Below, one piece after another: positions 9,821 to 19,821 of a stretch of DNA of 64,000 nucleotides. Below the pieces are notes generated by a model. The model did not search any database and had not been told where the DNA came from. It saw only the letters and a program-made list of their open reading frames with translations. Positions within the stretch are counted from its first letter, which is position 1, and every line of letters begins with the position of its first letter. Position numbers and translations under genes: made by a program. The stretch comes from Candidatus Hermodarchaeota archaeon (GTDB taxonomy: Archaea > Asgardarchaeota > Thorarchaeia > Thorarchaeales > Thorarchaeaceae), in assembly GCA_048885865.1 (NCBI GenBank), contig JBHLLF010000003.1:96001-160000 (forward strand), given 5' to 3'.

Positions 9821-10986
9821 TAGAATCCCCTCTCAAAGATAAAGACATTAACGAACTGGCCGCTTTGCCCAACATTGTGCGCCAAACCATATTGAACGTC
9901 CTTTATCTGGCGTGATGGGTTCTCAGCCTCGCCACGCATTTGTTTCAGTATCTCATATGTCATTGACACTCCCGTCGCGCCAAGCGGATGGCCCTTACTC
10001 TTCAGTCCGCCATCAACATTTACAGGCAGTCTACCATCGTGATACATCTCTTTGTTTTCGACAAACTCGGGGCCTTTTCCTGGTTCAACGAATCCTAGGT
10101 CTTCATATGCAATGAGCTCAGCAATCGTGAAACAGTCATGGACCTGGGCCATGTTGATGTCCTCTGGACCAACTCCCGCCATCTCGTAGGCAGCCTTTCC
10201 GGCTCTTTTCGCTCCTGGAATTGAGGTCAAGCTTGGACGATCCTGAATCATCATCTCAGACGCTCCAGCTCCAATGCCTTTAATCCACATTGGCCGGTCC
10301 GTGAACTCCTTCACACGGTCTTCAGCGGCAATCACGACAGCAGCAGCACCATCTGTGATGAGACTGCAGTCATATAGATTCAAAGGTCTGCAGATTGGAA
10401 CAGCATTGTTCGCCTCCTCAAATGACACCTCTTTTGGTAGATGTGCTTTCGGGTTTTGAGCACCATAATGGTGAGATTTCACTGCTATTTTCGCCAATAT
10501 GTCGTGCGGCATATTGTACTCAGCCATATACTTCGAAGCCATTAAGGCATAGAATGCAGGGAAACTGATTCCAAAGGGATATTCCCAGCGCATATCGCCT
10601 GCCTGACTCATATACTCAGTAGCAGTGGCAGATGACACCCTATTCATCTGTTCTACTCCAAGCACCAACATTACATCATAAAGCCCAGCGGCTACCATGC
10701 CCCATGCAGCTCTCAGTGAGGCTGTGCCAGTGGTACATGCTGATTCAACCCTGAGATGTGGCTTGTCGTGAAGCCCGATATAGTCTGCAATTAGAGCTGA
10801 ACCGGCACCCTGCCCAGTGAACTGAGATGCAGCATAGGAGAGAACTGAGGCGTCAATCTTGTCTTGAGTTAAACCTTCATCATAGATTGGCTTGTATGCT
10901 TCCGCACACAGTTCTCTCATGGTGGCATCGTACCGTTTTCCGAATTTGCTGTGGCCGCCAGCAACGACAGCAACTTTTCTTGCCAT
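9820..10986 (-). CDS. Thiolase (acetyl-CoA C-acyltransferase, archaeal/SCP-x type)
   Basis: VESACTTG, QVHDCFT, GGLKSKGHPLGATG. Confidence 0.93.
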   Translation of the reverse strand: MARKVAVVAGGHSKFGKRYDATMRELCAEAYKPIYDEGLTQDKIDASVLSYAASQFTGQGAGSALIADYIGLHDKPHLRVESACTTGTASLRAAWGMVAAGLYDVMLVLGVEQMNRVSSATATEYMSQAGDMRWEYPFGISFPAFYALMASKYMAEYNMPHDILAKIAVKSHHYGAQNPKAHLPKEVSFEEANNAVPICRPLNLYDCSLITDGAAAVVIAAEDRVKEFTDRPMWIKGIGAGASEMMIQDRPSLTSIPGAKRAGKAAYEMAGVGPEDINMAQVHDCFTIAELIAYEDLGFVEPGKGPEFVENKEMYHDGRLPVNVDGGLKSKGHPLGATGVSMTYEILKQMRGEAENPSRQIKDVQYGLAHNVGQSGQFVNVFIFERGF

Positions 10987-11195
10987 TTCTTTTCCTCCGG
11001 TGTCAGAACCTGCTTATGGAACATAAAACAGGTTTTTTCAATCCGTAACTACTCGCGATTTCTCATTCAACGAGGACTTAAGGTTGACGATTAGAAGAAG
11101 TTTCGTTTTGAAGGGCATTATCTTAGTGTTTGTGGCAATTCCATGCAATTGCGCTGAACCAAATCACTTAGAACCCTCAGTCATGGTTTGAAATT

Positions 11196-12140
11196 ATGAT
11201 AGAGCCCCTTGAACTTGACAGACGCGACGATGTTAGGTCAGTTTTGGAAGAGTATCTAGCATCTCTAGATGAGAATCGGAAACCCCCGCCAACCTTTATT
11301 GATCAAGTCATCGAGAATTGGAATAGCCGGGAAATCGAGATTATTGCGAAGTTGGATGCTGAAAATCAGATTCTTGGCATTGTGGTACTCGGATTGGTAT
11401 CTAACAGCATAAGCATCATCTTCATGACTGAAGCTGCCCAGGCTCTAGACAAGTATCTAGTTCAGGATATTCAGAAGGAGCTCTTGGAAGCTGGACTTAA
11501 CCGTCTCAAGACGACTGGAGATTGGATTCAAACAAGTGGTACACTTGAGGGCAGTTTGCGTGAACATGCAAAGGGTTTAGGATTCAGAGGCTTCGAGCGC
11601 ACTTCGATGGAGATTTCCAGGGATGTACTGGAGAGGATAAATGATTCCCCATTAAGCGATGATTTTTCGCTTCTTCCTTTTGAGGAGGAAATGAAGGAAA
11701 CCCTTGGTAACCTAATTCTCAGAGGCCACGCGGGATCAATAGATTTGGATGTCTTTCCTATGTTCTTTAGCACGGAAGAACTTGCCATTAAGCTAATTGA
11801 GGACACAATTGAGAATCGATATGGAGAATTCAGAAGACCCGATGATTCAAGAGTCTTGTTGCAAGCTGATACTCTCATTGGTGTATGCTTGATAACAATT
11901 CGAGGCAACTATGGCTATATACCCGACATTTGCATTGATCCGGACCTACGACGAATGGGTCTGGGAAGGACTTTGCTAATACACACACTAAAGCGGCTGA
12001 TGGCATCCTATACTGACCTTGATGGGGTTCGCCTAGATGTGACCCTTGAGAATCCAGCAAAGCATCTTTACGACTCTATTGGATTCAAGGAGCTAAGAAG
12101 ATACGAAGTTCTAAACTGGTTGAAGAAATGGTATAGCTAA
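11196..12140 (+). CDS. Tandem GNAT-family acetyltransferase
   Basis: C-terminal ICIDPDLRRMGLGRTL...ENPAKHLYDSIGF; degenerate N-terminal GNAT. Confidence 0.8.
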   Translation: MIEPLELDRRDDVRSVLEEYLASLDENRKPPPTFIDQVIENWNSREIEIIAKLDAENQILGIVVLGLVSNSISIIFMTEAAQALDKYLVQDIQKELLEAGLNRLKTTGDWIQTSGTLEGSLREHAKGLGFRGFERTSMEISRDVLERINDSPLSDDFSLLPFEEEMKETLGNLILRGHAGSIDLDVFPMFFSTEELAIKLIEDTIENRYGEFRRPDDSRVLLQADTLIGVCLITIRGNYGYIPDICIDPDLRRMGLGRTLLIHTLKRLMASYTDLDGVRLDVTLENPAKHLYDSIGFKELRRYEVLNWLKKWYS

Positions 12141-12150
12141 GTGTCAATTG

Positions 12151-12206
12151 GTCTAGTGACTAGACACCTCGCAAAGAAAGAGGGGGTCCTCCCTAGTGAG
12201 AGGACC
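12151..12206. terminator. Two inverted repeats between convergent genes
   Basis: GTCTAGT-G-ACTAGAC (12151-12165) and GGTCCTC-8nt-GAGGACC (12185-12206, followed on the minus strand by a C/T-rich tract). Confidence 0.45.
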
Positions 12207-12213
12207 GATAATT

Positions 12214-13035
12214 TTACTCGCCTGTGAATTTGCCTCGACGCTTTTCTAGGAGAGCTGAGATTCCCTCAGCTAGGTCCTTGGTCTTAAAGCACTCAGTACA
12301 AGCTTCTACTTCATATTTGAAGTTCTGTTCAGTTCCCTCTTCCAGAGCCAAATGAGTAGCCTTCTTAGCAAGCTTCACCGCTATGGGAGCATTTCCTCCT
12401 ACCTTTGCACCATACCACATTGCTTGGCTGAGAAGCTCATCCTTGGACACGACTTTGCTCACAAGTCCCATGGCCATGGCTTCATCGGCGGTCACCTGTC
12501 CACCAGTCAGAATCAGTTCCATGGCTTTTCCAAGACCAACAATTCTGGGTAGCCGCATGCATCCACCCCAAGCAGGAAATAGTCCCAAGCTCACCTCAGG
12601 CGTTCCCAGTTTGGCTTCCTTCTCGGCAATCCTAATGTCGCATGCTAGAGCAATCTCAAGTCCACCACCGAGAGCCAGTCCATTGATTGCAGCAATAGTC
12701 ACTTTGTCCATTGTGGCAAGTCGATCAACGATTTGCTGACCTTGAGCTATGAGGTCGCCTACATTACTTGGGTCACTCAGCAACGTCTGAGCCATCTTTA
12801 CGTCAGCACCAGTGCAATAGACCTTATCATGATTTGATGCAATCACGATAGAGCGAATATCTGGATCCTTCTCGGCCTCATCTAGAGCATCGCTGAAGTC
12901 TTGAAGGAATTGATCATTTATCGCATTGAGTGCATCAAGTCGGTTCATCTTGATGACTGCTGTGTTCTTCACAGGGGAGAGGAAAGATCCCTCTTTGCTA
13001 TACAGCATTGTTTCGAATTCTGGCATTTCAATCAC
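12214..13035 (-). CDS. Enoyl-CoA hydratase/crotonase
   Basis: YCTGADV, GLALGGGLE, GTPEVSLGLFPAWGG. Confidence 0.92.
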   Translation of the reverse strand: MIEMPEFETMLYSKEGSFLSPVKNTAVIKMNRLDALNAINDQFLQDFSDALDEAEKDPDIRSIVIASNHDKVYCTGADVKMAQTLLSDPSNVGDLIAQGQQIVDRLATMDKVTIAAINGLALGGGLEIALACDIRIAEKEAKLGTPEVSLGLFPAWGGCMRLPRIVGLGKAMELILTGGQVTADEAMAMGLVSKVVSKDELLSQAMWYGAKVGGNAPIAVKLAKKATHLALEEGTEQNFKYEVEACTECFKTKDLAEGISALLEKRRGKFTGE

Positions 13036-13121
13036 CTGTTGAAAATCTGAGCTGTTTGGGATATGCCCTACTTAAAAATGCGCTCCTAAAATGCCACTTC
13101 TGTGACGGGGGAGGATATACT

Positions 13122-13153
13122 AAAAAATAGGGTGGCAGGGCGCTTTGCCCTGC
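13122..13153 (-). terminator. Stem-loop plus T-tract after the 3-hydroxyacyl-CoA dehydrogenase gene
   Basis: GCAGGGC-gcttt-GCCCTGC (13135-13153), then CACCCTATTTTTT on the minus strand. Confidence 0.5.
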
Positions 13154-13162
13154 ATTTCAAAT

Positions 13163-14287
13163 CTACTTTAGGTACTTCGGCATGCTATAGCATTCACCAA
13201 GCTCAGACTCGAGCTTTCCGATGAATTCCCTACACCTGTCTAGGCCATATTGGTCAGCCATCTCAAATGGACCCATGGGCCAGCTAGCACCGAGCTTCAT
13301 TGCCATGTCAATGTCTTCCTTGTTGGCGATTTCGTCGTCAACAAGTATCATAGCTTCTCTAATCGCTGGCATGTTCAGCCGTTCCACAATCCAAGCAGGG
13401 TCAGCTCCCTTTGCCGCTTCAGGTTGGGCGTCGTCGGCAGCATAGTCATAGAATCCCTTCTTGGACTTCATACCTATAGCGCCAGATTCAACTAGCTTTG
13501 CTAGGGTTTCAGGAGGCTTGAAGCAGTCTCCAATCTCTCGGTAGAGTGTAGACATAGCATTAAAGGCAATGTCCAAACCAACAAAGTCACCCAGCGAGAA
13601 GGGACCAGCAGGAGCCTTTCCTATGCTGACCATTGCTGTGTCAATCTCTTCCTTCGTAGCCTCACCGCGTTCCAGCATCAGGATTGCCTCACGCATCACG
13701 GGCATTAGGAGACGATTGACAATGAAGCCAGGGCTATTTTTGGCAAAAACGGTCTGTTTGCCTTGCTTTTGGCCAACGGTCTTCGCGACGTTGATTGTTT
13801 CTTCGCTTGTCTTTTCACCGAGCACTATTTCTAGCAACTTCATTGCAGGGACTGGAGAGAAATAGTGCATTCCTATGAATTTGTCAGGACGACCAGTAGC
13901 AGTTGCCAGCTCGTCAATGCTGAGGGATGATGTATTTGTCGCAAGGATGCAATGGGCCGGTGCAACTGCATCTATTTTGGCGAAGACCTCCTTCTTGACT
14001 TCCATGTTCTCAAAAATTGCCTCGATAACAAGGTCAGCATCTTTCACCGCAGCTTCAGTGTCAGTTGTCCCGCTAAGTCTCGACATTAAGCCCTCAGCTT
14101 CAGTGATACTCATCTTGCCCTTGTCAATGCCGGTCATGACATCGGTTCGAAGCCGTTCCATGCCTTTGTCCACAAGATCCTGGTTGATATCGACCATGGC
14201 GACCTCGTACCCATTCCACGCGGACACATATGCAATTCCAGCACCCATTAGACCCGAGCCAATGACTGCAATTTTCTTGACTTCCAT
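13163..14287 (-). CDS. 3-hydroxyacyl-CoA dehydrogenase with duplicated C-terminal domain
   Basis: IGSGLMGAG, VIEAIFE, TNTSS, GMHYFSP, PGFIVNR; second 3HCDH-C repeat (WPMGPFE). Confidence 0.93.
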   Translation of the reverse strand: MEVKKIAVIGSGLMGAGIAYVSAWNGYEVAMVDINQDLVDKGMERLRTDVMTGIDKGKMSITEAEGLMSRLSGTTDTEAAVKDADLVIEAIFENMEVKKEVFAKIDAVAPAHCILATNTSSLSIDELATATGRPDKFIGMHYFSPVPAMKLLEIVLGEKTSEETINVAKTVGQKQGKQTVFAKNSPGFIVNRLLMPVMREAILMLERGEATKEEIDTAMVSIGKAPAGPFSLGDFVGLDIAFNAMSTLYREIGDCFKPPETLAKLVESGAIGMKSKKGFYDYAADDAQPEAAKGADPAWIVERLNMPAIREAMILVDDEIANKEDIDMAMKLGASWPMGPFEMADQYGLDRCREFIGKLESELGECYSMPKYLK

Positions 14288-14298
14288 AACAGACCCTC

Positions 14299-14661
14299 CT
14301 ACATCGCACCCATCATGGCTGCAAGGATTAGATTGGCCAAGAAGTCACTCTCATGTGCATTGCCTATGACCTCGAGGCTGCCATCTCTCATTGTGTCCTT
14401 GAAGGGCACTTCACCGGTGAAGATGCCAAGGAGAGTTGCAGAATTGGCTTTGTATATCACATCCGGACTTGGATAGATACCCTCATGAAGTGTCATTCCT
14501 TCTTTGGTGACCACCATGTATTGGTCACCTTCTTCAGTATGTACCTGCAGGATTTTTCCGTCATAGGGGCCAATCCATTCTTCTACCATTTTCTTGAGGT
14601 CTTCCTTCTCATTGGTCTTGGAAGAGAGGAATTTGAAAAACTCCTGTAACTGTGACATCAT
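14299..14661 (-). CDS. SCP2 sterol/lipid-binding domain protein
   Basis: PDVIYKANSATLLGIFTGEVPFKDTMRDGSLEVIGN matches the SCP2 C-terminal pattern; start moved to MMSQ. Confidence 0.75.
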   Translation of the reverse strand: MMSQLQEFFKFLSSKTNEKEDLKKMVEEWIGPYDGKILQVHTEEGDQYMVVTKEGMTLHEGIYPSPDVIYKANSATLLGIFTGEVPFKDTMRDGSLEVIGNAHESDFLANLILAAMMGAM

Positions 14662-14662
14662 C

Positions 14663-15190
14663 TCATTCCTCCTTTGCCATCCAGTCAGTGATTGCCTCCT
14701 GCATCGCAGCATCAACACTGACTGTCCAGATATTCCCTTTCTTTTGCTTCACTGTGCGGAGAAACTCATCATAGCGGTCACCCTCCATGGTGACGACGAC
14801 TCGTCCTTTTCTATCCTCCAAGAACGCCTGATGGTACATCTTCTTTGACGTCCAATACTCGTGCTCAATGTCGCCTTCCTTGAGGCGTGGATAGAACGGC
14901 CACTCACCGGTAGGATGAGGTCGAAACTTCTTTCCACCGGATTTCCATTTCTTGACCAGGTCTCCTGTGGCCTCCTTGAACCCGGGTCTGAATGGCCATT
15001 GAGGCACATAGCGGAATCCCTTTTCGCCATCCACCTCGCCTTTGGACCATCTACCAGTGTAGACTCGGCCACCCTTATTGTCACAGAATTGCTCCATGAC
15101 AACCTCAATGAAACCTTCAGGAGTCAATCCAGCTTCCTCAGCTAATTCCTTCATATTCTCCAGAGTCTTTCCTTCGAAATTGACTTCCAT
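14663..15190 (-). CDS. Hypothetical protein with internal repeat
   Basis: Operonic spacing (4 nt and 1 nt to neighbours); repeated WPFxPxxKE..GD. Confidence 0.7.
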   Translation of the reverse strand: MEVNFEGKTLENMKELAEEAGLTPEGFIEVVMEQFCDNKGGRVYTGRWSKGEVDGEKGFRYVPQWPFRPGFKEATGDLVKKWKSGGKKFRPHPTGEWPFYPRLKEGDIEHEYWTSKKMYHQAFLEDRKGRVVVTMEGDRYDEFLRTVKQKKGNIWTVSVDAAMQEAITDWMAKEE

Positions 15191-15194
15191 GATA

Positions 15195-15959
15195 TCACCC
15201 CTTCTTCCTGAACGCCAGCCGCGTCCATGGCAATCCCCAACGCTCCTGGTACATTAGACCCTCGAGAGGTGGTCTGCTTGGTCCAAGTGCACGCGGTGAT
15301 ACTCGCGTCCCAATGCAGAACGCTGTCAAGGGCGTCCATGTTGGTGGAATTCCAAGTCTGTCACGAATAAGCATCGCATGGCGAGGGTCGGAGCAGACCA
15401 GTGCCTCATACCCACAGCCATACCCTAGTTCAGTTGCTGTCAACCACATGTTCTGAATTGCCATACCTGCAACTACAGACCCGAATAGCTCGTTGGGATA
15501 CTGATATCCTGCATCATGCCACATTTCGCTGGCACACACAATTATTACAGCGTCACTCTTCTCAGGATATCTGAAAAGCTCCCCATCTCTTAGCCTAGCA
15601 TAGACAGCCGCCCGATAAGGATCGTTGATGAACCAGTTCCTGCCGCTTGTCAGCTCAAAGGGGGCTCCACCAAAGGCTGTTTGAGCCATCTCTTGTGCTA
15701 TGTCGGCAAGGAACACTTTCATGTCTTCATCATCTCGTATTACAACGAAACGAATCATGAGCATGTTCTCGGGACTTGGTGCATGTCTGGCAGCTTCAAG
15801 AATCATCTCTAAATGCTCGTCGGGTAGTTTCTCGCCAGTGAATTCACGTATGGAACGTCTATCACGGATGAGCTTCAAGGATTGCAGTTCCTGAGCAACC
15901 TTAGCATCATCCTTTGCTTCACCGGCGGCATCCGACTTGCCTTCAGTATCTGTTGCCAT
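15195..15959 (-). CDS. Nitroreductase-family flavoprotein
   Basis: RRSIREF, AARHAPSPEN, AIQNMWLTATELGYG. Confidence 0.88.
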   Translation of the reverse strand: MATDTEGKSDAAGEAKDDAKVAQELQSLKLIRDRRSIREFTGEKLPDEHLEMILEAARHAPSPENMLMIRFVVIRDDEDMKVFLADIAQEMAQTAFGGAPFELTSGRNWFINDPYRAAVYARLRDGELFRYPEKSDAVIIVCASEMWHDAGYQYPNELFGSVVAGMAIQNMWLTATELGYGCGYEALVCSDPRHAMLIRDRLGIPPTWTPLTAFCIGTRVSPRALGPSRPPLEGLMYQERWGLPWTRLAFRKKG

Positions 15960-16286
15960 TGATTCACCTCATGTTATATGATAAATGCGGACCTCGGTGA
16001 CAATGGGCTGCATAAATGTATTAGCTTTCTCCAAAGAAATCTGACACGCGTTCAAGATTGAGTTTATTGACGAACGATACATCGTGACATGTCGACACTA
16101 TGTGTAGATATGCAGCCATATCTTGTCAGGAACATATCCTGAATATTAACCCAGTATTGGCATGGATATACAAGATGACTTATTCCAGTTTCTTTCCTAG
16201 TAAACTGGAGTGCACTCAACTCTCCCGGACCAAAGTGTGCTCTATTACTTCTTGAGCAGGAGCGGACGCGCTCCTTCTCATAATCA

Positions 16287-17357
16287 TCAACGATCATTGG
16301 CGAATCCTTTGAGGTCTAATGCATCTCCAACAATTTGCTGTACTACCGCGACTTTTTCTTTGTTCTCTGGCAAAACCGTTCCGACTAATCGGTCCACTAG
16401 CTGACCTGTGGTGTAGGTGTCGTGAGCAGTCATCATTATTGGAATGCCTAATTCCTTAGCCCGAGATAGCGTACGAATATCAGGCCCCATACCTCCCGTG
16501 AGAATCAGTAGATTCGTATCCGTTTCAAGTGCGGCTAGGCAGATGTCAGATCGGTCACCGCTCGTGATGACAGCTTTGTCTTTCGCCCTTCTGAACCATT
16601 TGAGAGCATTCTCAGGAGCCATGCTGCCAACCAAGAAACGATCGATTAGGAGATCCATCTTATCTTCTCCAGACATCATCTGACCTTCGAGAGCGCGAAG
16701 AATATCTCTTACAGTAGGACTGAACAGCTCCCGCCGTTGGTAAATAACTCCAAGAAAGTTTACACCGCTCTCTTCCAAAAAGGGCTTAATTTTATTCTCA
16801 ACTGTCTTCTTGAGCATTGGAGCAACCATATTGAGAACTACACCTATTTCCTTGATGCCTACTTGAGTGAACAAATCTCTCTGGAGGAAAACGTCGTCTA
16901 TTGCTATTATGTCTGGAAAATTGACTAGAATAATGACAGACGCTTCAAACTCCTTAGCAATTTGTGGAGCTGAAAGACCAACATGTAGGAGATGCCACGG
17001 CGCTTTGGCACTCTCAATCACCATGTAATCCTTTCCAACAGAGCCTTTGCTATAGCAGTCCTTGATTCTCTTGAGAAGCTCGTCATGGCCAATTTGAAGT
17101 AGTTCATCATAGCTCGACTTCGTTCGAATTATTGGACTGATACAGGATACATCGACATCGAGTCCAAGTACCTCCTTCATAACTGCAGCGTCTTCATCCA
17201 CATCCACTTCATCGCTGCTAAGCTCAAAGCTCTTGTCACCAACCGGCTTGAAGTAGCCAACCTTATGTCCTTGCTTCTGAAGCTTGGCTGCTAATGCCAG
17301 AGCAACCATGGTCTTTCCAGTCAGTGTTTCGCCACTGATTACAATATTCTTCGCCAT
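16287..17357 (-). CDS. Phosphotransacetylase N-terminal-like protein (BioD-like P-loop plus DRTGG), no PTA catalytic domain
   Basis: TGKT, GYFKPVG, ITSGDRSD, LILTGG. Confidence 0.85.
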   Translation of the reverse strand: MAKNIVISGETLTGKTMVALALAAKLQKQGHKVGYFKPVGDKSFELSSDEVDVDEDAAVMKEVLGLDVDVSCISPIIRTKSSYDELLQIGHDELLKRIKDCYSKGSVGKDYMVIESAKAPWHLLHVGLSAPQIAKEFEASVIILVNFPDIIAIDDVFLQRDLFTQVGIKEIGVVLNMVAPMLKKTVENKIKPFLEESGVNFLGVIYQRRELFSPTVRDILRALEGQMMSGEDKMDLLIDRFLVGSMAPENALKWFRRAKDKAVITSGDRSDICLAALETDTNLLILTGGMGPDIRTLSRAKELGIPIMMTAHDTYTTGQLVDRLVGTVLPENKEKVAVVQQIVGDALDLKGFANDR

Positions 17358-17358
17358 C

Positions 17359-19488
17359 TCATTCTCCTCCAATAGTAATCTTCACATCCACTGCAATGGC
17401 ACCCTTGCCCTTCTCGTAAGCGAATGCAGGATTGATATCCATTTCCACAATATCCTCGAAATCGGATACAAGCTGTGATATCCGCAAGATTGTGTCAACT
17501 ACTGCATCAATATCACTTGGTTCCTCGCCCCTTACTCCGCTAAGCAATGTGCCCATTTTTGTTTCAGAAATCAAATCAGCTGCATCACTACGCGTCATGG
17601 GTGCAAGTCTGAATGCTACATCCTTCAGATAGTTGACAAAGATCCCTCCGGCTCCGAACATGATCATCGGACCAAACTGAATATCGCGCGAGCATCCGAT
17701 GATCAGCTCCTTTCCCTTCTCTGCAAGTTCCTGAACATCTACACCATAGACGACAGCCCTAGGCACACGGGTCTTGACATTATCAAGAATCTTAAGAAAG
17801 GCATTTTCGACCTCTTCTTTGGAGTTCATGCCAATCATTAGACCGCCAATGTCGCTCTTGTGAACGATATCTGGACTAGCAATTTTCATGACAACAGGGA
17901 AACCAATATCTACAGCAATTGCCTTGGCTTCCTCTGCACCTGTAGCCAGTTTCGTTCTCGCAACCCGAATACCATATGCTTCAGCTACCTCGTGCGCTTC
18001 GCTGCCCAGCATCACTCTTCTTCGGTCATTTCGAACGCTTTTGATTATCTCCTTGACACGCTTCTTATCCACCTTGAACTTAGCAGGTGCTTCATCCTTT
18101 AGGCTATCCCGCAGGAGAGTGTATCGATAGAGTTCAGCGATAGCATTTACAGCACGCTCAGGAAAGGCGAAGACCGGAACACCTCCCTCATTCAATACAA
18201 TTCGTGGGTAAATCATCGAGTTCCCGCCCATGAACACAGCTAGGAGAGGCTTGTTTGGATATTTCTTGTGAGATTCAACAATTACTTGAGCGGTCTCTGT
18301 TTCTTTTGTCATCGCTTGCGGCGTAAGCAGAACCAGAACAGAATCAACATTTTCATCCTGAAGTGTAGCCTCAACACAAAGGGCATAATCCTCTGGTTGG
18401 GCAGTCCCAAGTGCATCCACTGGGTTGTATACTGATGCTGCGGAAGGCAATCCATTCTTCATCTTCTCGATAGTGGATGGTGAGAATTGGGCCGTCTGTA
18501 AACCATTCATCTCGACGGCATCAGTTGTAAGGATTCCAGGACCGCCAGCATTCGTTACAATTGCTACACGATTCCCCTTTGGCAAGTAGCAGTCATCAAA
18601 CACATTTGCCACATCAAATAGCTCTGACATACTATCTGCTCGAATCACACCGCATTGCTTGAAGGCAACAGAATAGGCTGTATCGCTCCCCGCTAATGAG
18701 CCGGTATGGGATGAGGCAGCTCTAGCGCCTGCTGTGCTAACCCCGGATTTGACGACATAGATAGGCTTGTGTGGTGCAATCTTCCTGCAAGCTTCCATGA
18801 ACTTCTTGCCGTCTACCACCGATTCTATGTAAAGAAGTAAGAAATTCGTGTCGGGATCTCTTCCGAAGGCTTCTATGAAATCTGCTTCATCCAGTTGAGC
18901 TTTGTTTCCCAGACTCACGAATTTTGAAAAACCAATCTTCTCCATTAGACTCCAATCAAGAATCCCTGTCATCAGGGCACCAGATTGAGAGGCAAAAGCT
19001 ACACTGCCTTTCACTGGAGTGCCTGCGGCAAATGATGCATTGTAGGGTGCGAAGGTGTTCACAATTCCCAAGCAATTCGGCCCTTGCACAATCATACCAT
19101 ATTTCTCTGCCATCTCAACTATCTTCTTCTCGGCTTCTTGGCCTTCGTGTCCGATTTCCTTGAAACCCGCGGTGATTATGACTAGAGCAGTGACGCCCTT
19201 CTCGCCGCACTCCTCAATGACTGGAAGGACAAATCTAGCAGGAATGACTATAACTGCTACATCAACGTCCCCTGCAACCTCAGAAACAGAACGATACACC
19301 TTGAGATCCAGAATCTCTCCACCCCTAGGATTAATCGGGTATACTCTTCCCTCAAAACCGCTTTCAATCAGGTTTCGTACTACATCATTGCCCAGTTTTC
19401 CCTTGGTTGCTGATGCGCCTATCACTGCTATCGATTTTGGATTGAATAATACATCAATGCCCTTCTGTCTGTCCACCTTCAAGCACAA
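17359..19488 (-). CDS. acdAB: ADP-forming acetate/acyl-CoA ligase, fused alpha-beta
   Basis: IAVIGAS, GPNCLG, SQSGA, SHTGSLAG (phospho-His), TNAGG, NPVD, HKSDIGG, DINP. Confidence 0.93.
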   Translation of the reverse strand: MCLKVDRQKGIDVLFNPKSIAVIGASATKGKLGNDVVRNLIESGFEGRVYPINPRGGEILDLKVYRSVSEVAGDVDVAVIVIPARFVLPVIEECGEKGVTALVIITAGFKEIGHEGQEAEKKIVEMAEKYGMIVQGPNCLGIVNTFAPYNASFAAGTPVKGSVAFASQSGALMTGILDWSLMEKIGFSKFVSLGNKAQLDEADFIEAFGRDPDTNFLLLYIESVVDGKKFMEACRKIAPHKPIYVVKSGVSTAGARAASSHTGSLAGSDTAYSVAFKQCGVIRADSMSELFDVANVFDDCYLPKGNRVAIVTNAGGPGILTTDAVEMNGLQTAQFSPSTIEKMKNGLPSAASVYNPVDALGTAQPEDYALCVEATLQDENVDSVLVLLTPQAMTKETETAQVIVESHKKYPNKPLLAVFMGGNSMIYPRIVLNEGGVPVFAFPERAVNAIAELYRYTLLRDSLKDEAPAKFKVDKKRVKEIIKSVRNDRRRVMLGSEAHEVAEAYGIRVARTKLATGAEEAKAIAVDIGFPVVMKIASPDIVHKSDIGGLMIGMNSKEEVENAFLKILDNVKTRVPRAVVYGVDVQELAEKGKELIIGCSRDIQFGPMIMFGAGGIFVNYLKDVAFRLAPMTRSDAADLISETKMGTLLSGVRGEEPSDIDAVVDTILRISQLVSDFEDIVEMDINPAFAYEKGKGAIAVDVKITIGGE

Positions 19489-19663
19489 CCAGGACTAAAT
19501 CAATGCCGGAATCTTCGTACCAAGGATGGATGATATACCTTCTGCCAATGAGGCAAATTAGACCTCCAAGAAAGGAACGGCGCATCCAGTTTCATATATG
19601 AGACCCAGTATTACTCGCAATCATATTCATGTGTTACGTGGGTTTCACACAGGTGATACCCAG

Positions 19664-19804
19664 ATGAAGCTCGTAACTTTGCACATTCCTGAAACATACG
19701 TTGAAGGACTAGAGAAATTGGTGGACAGTAATCTCTATCCAAATCGCTCTGAGGCAATCAGGATTGCCATTCGCGATCTCCTGAAGAGAGAGCTGTGGAG
19801 CTAA
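19664..19804 (+). CDS. CdrS-like ribbon-helix-helix regulator, copy 1 (46 aa)
   Basis: MKLVTLHIPETYVEGLEKLVDSNLYPNRSEAIRIAIRDLLKRELWS; AGGTGA SD at 19651. Confidence 0.88.
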   Translation: MKLVTLHIPETYVEGLEKLVDSNLYPNRSEAIRIAIRDLLKRELWS

Positions 19805-19821
19805 AAGGAGTAGATGAGAAA

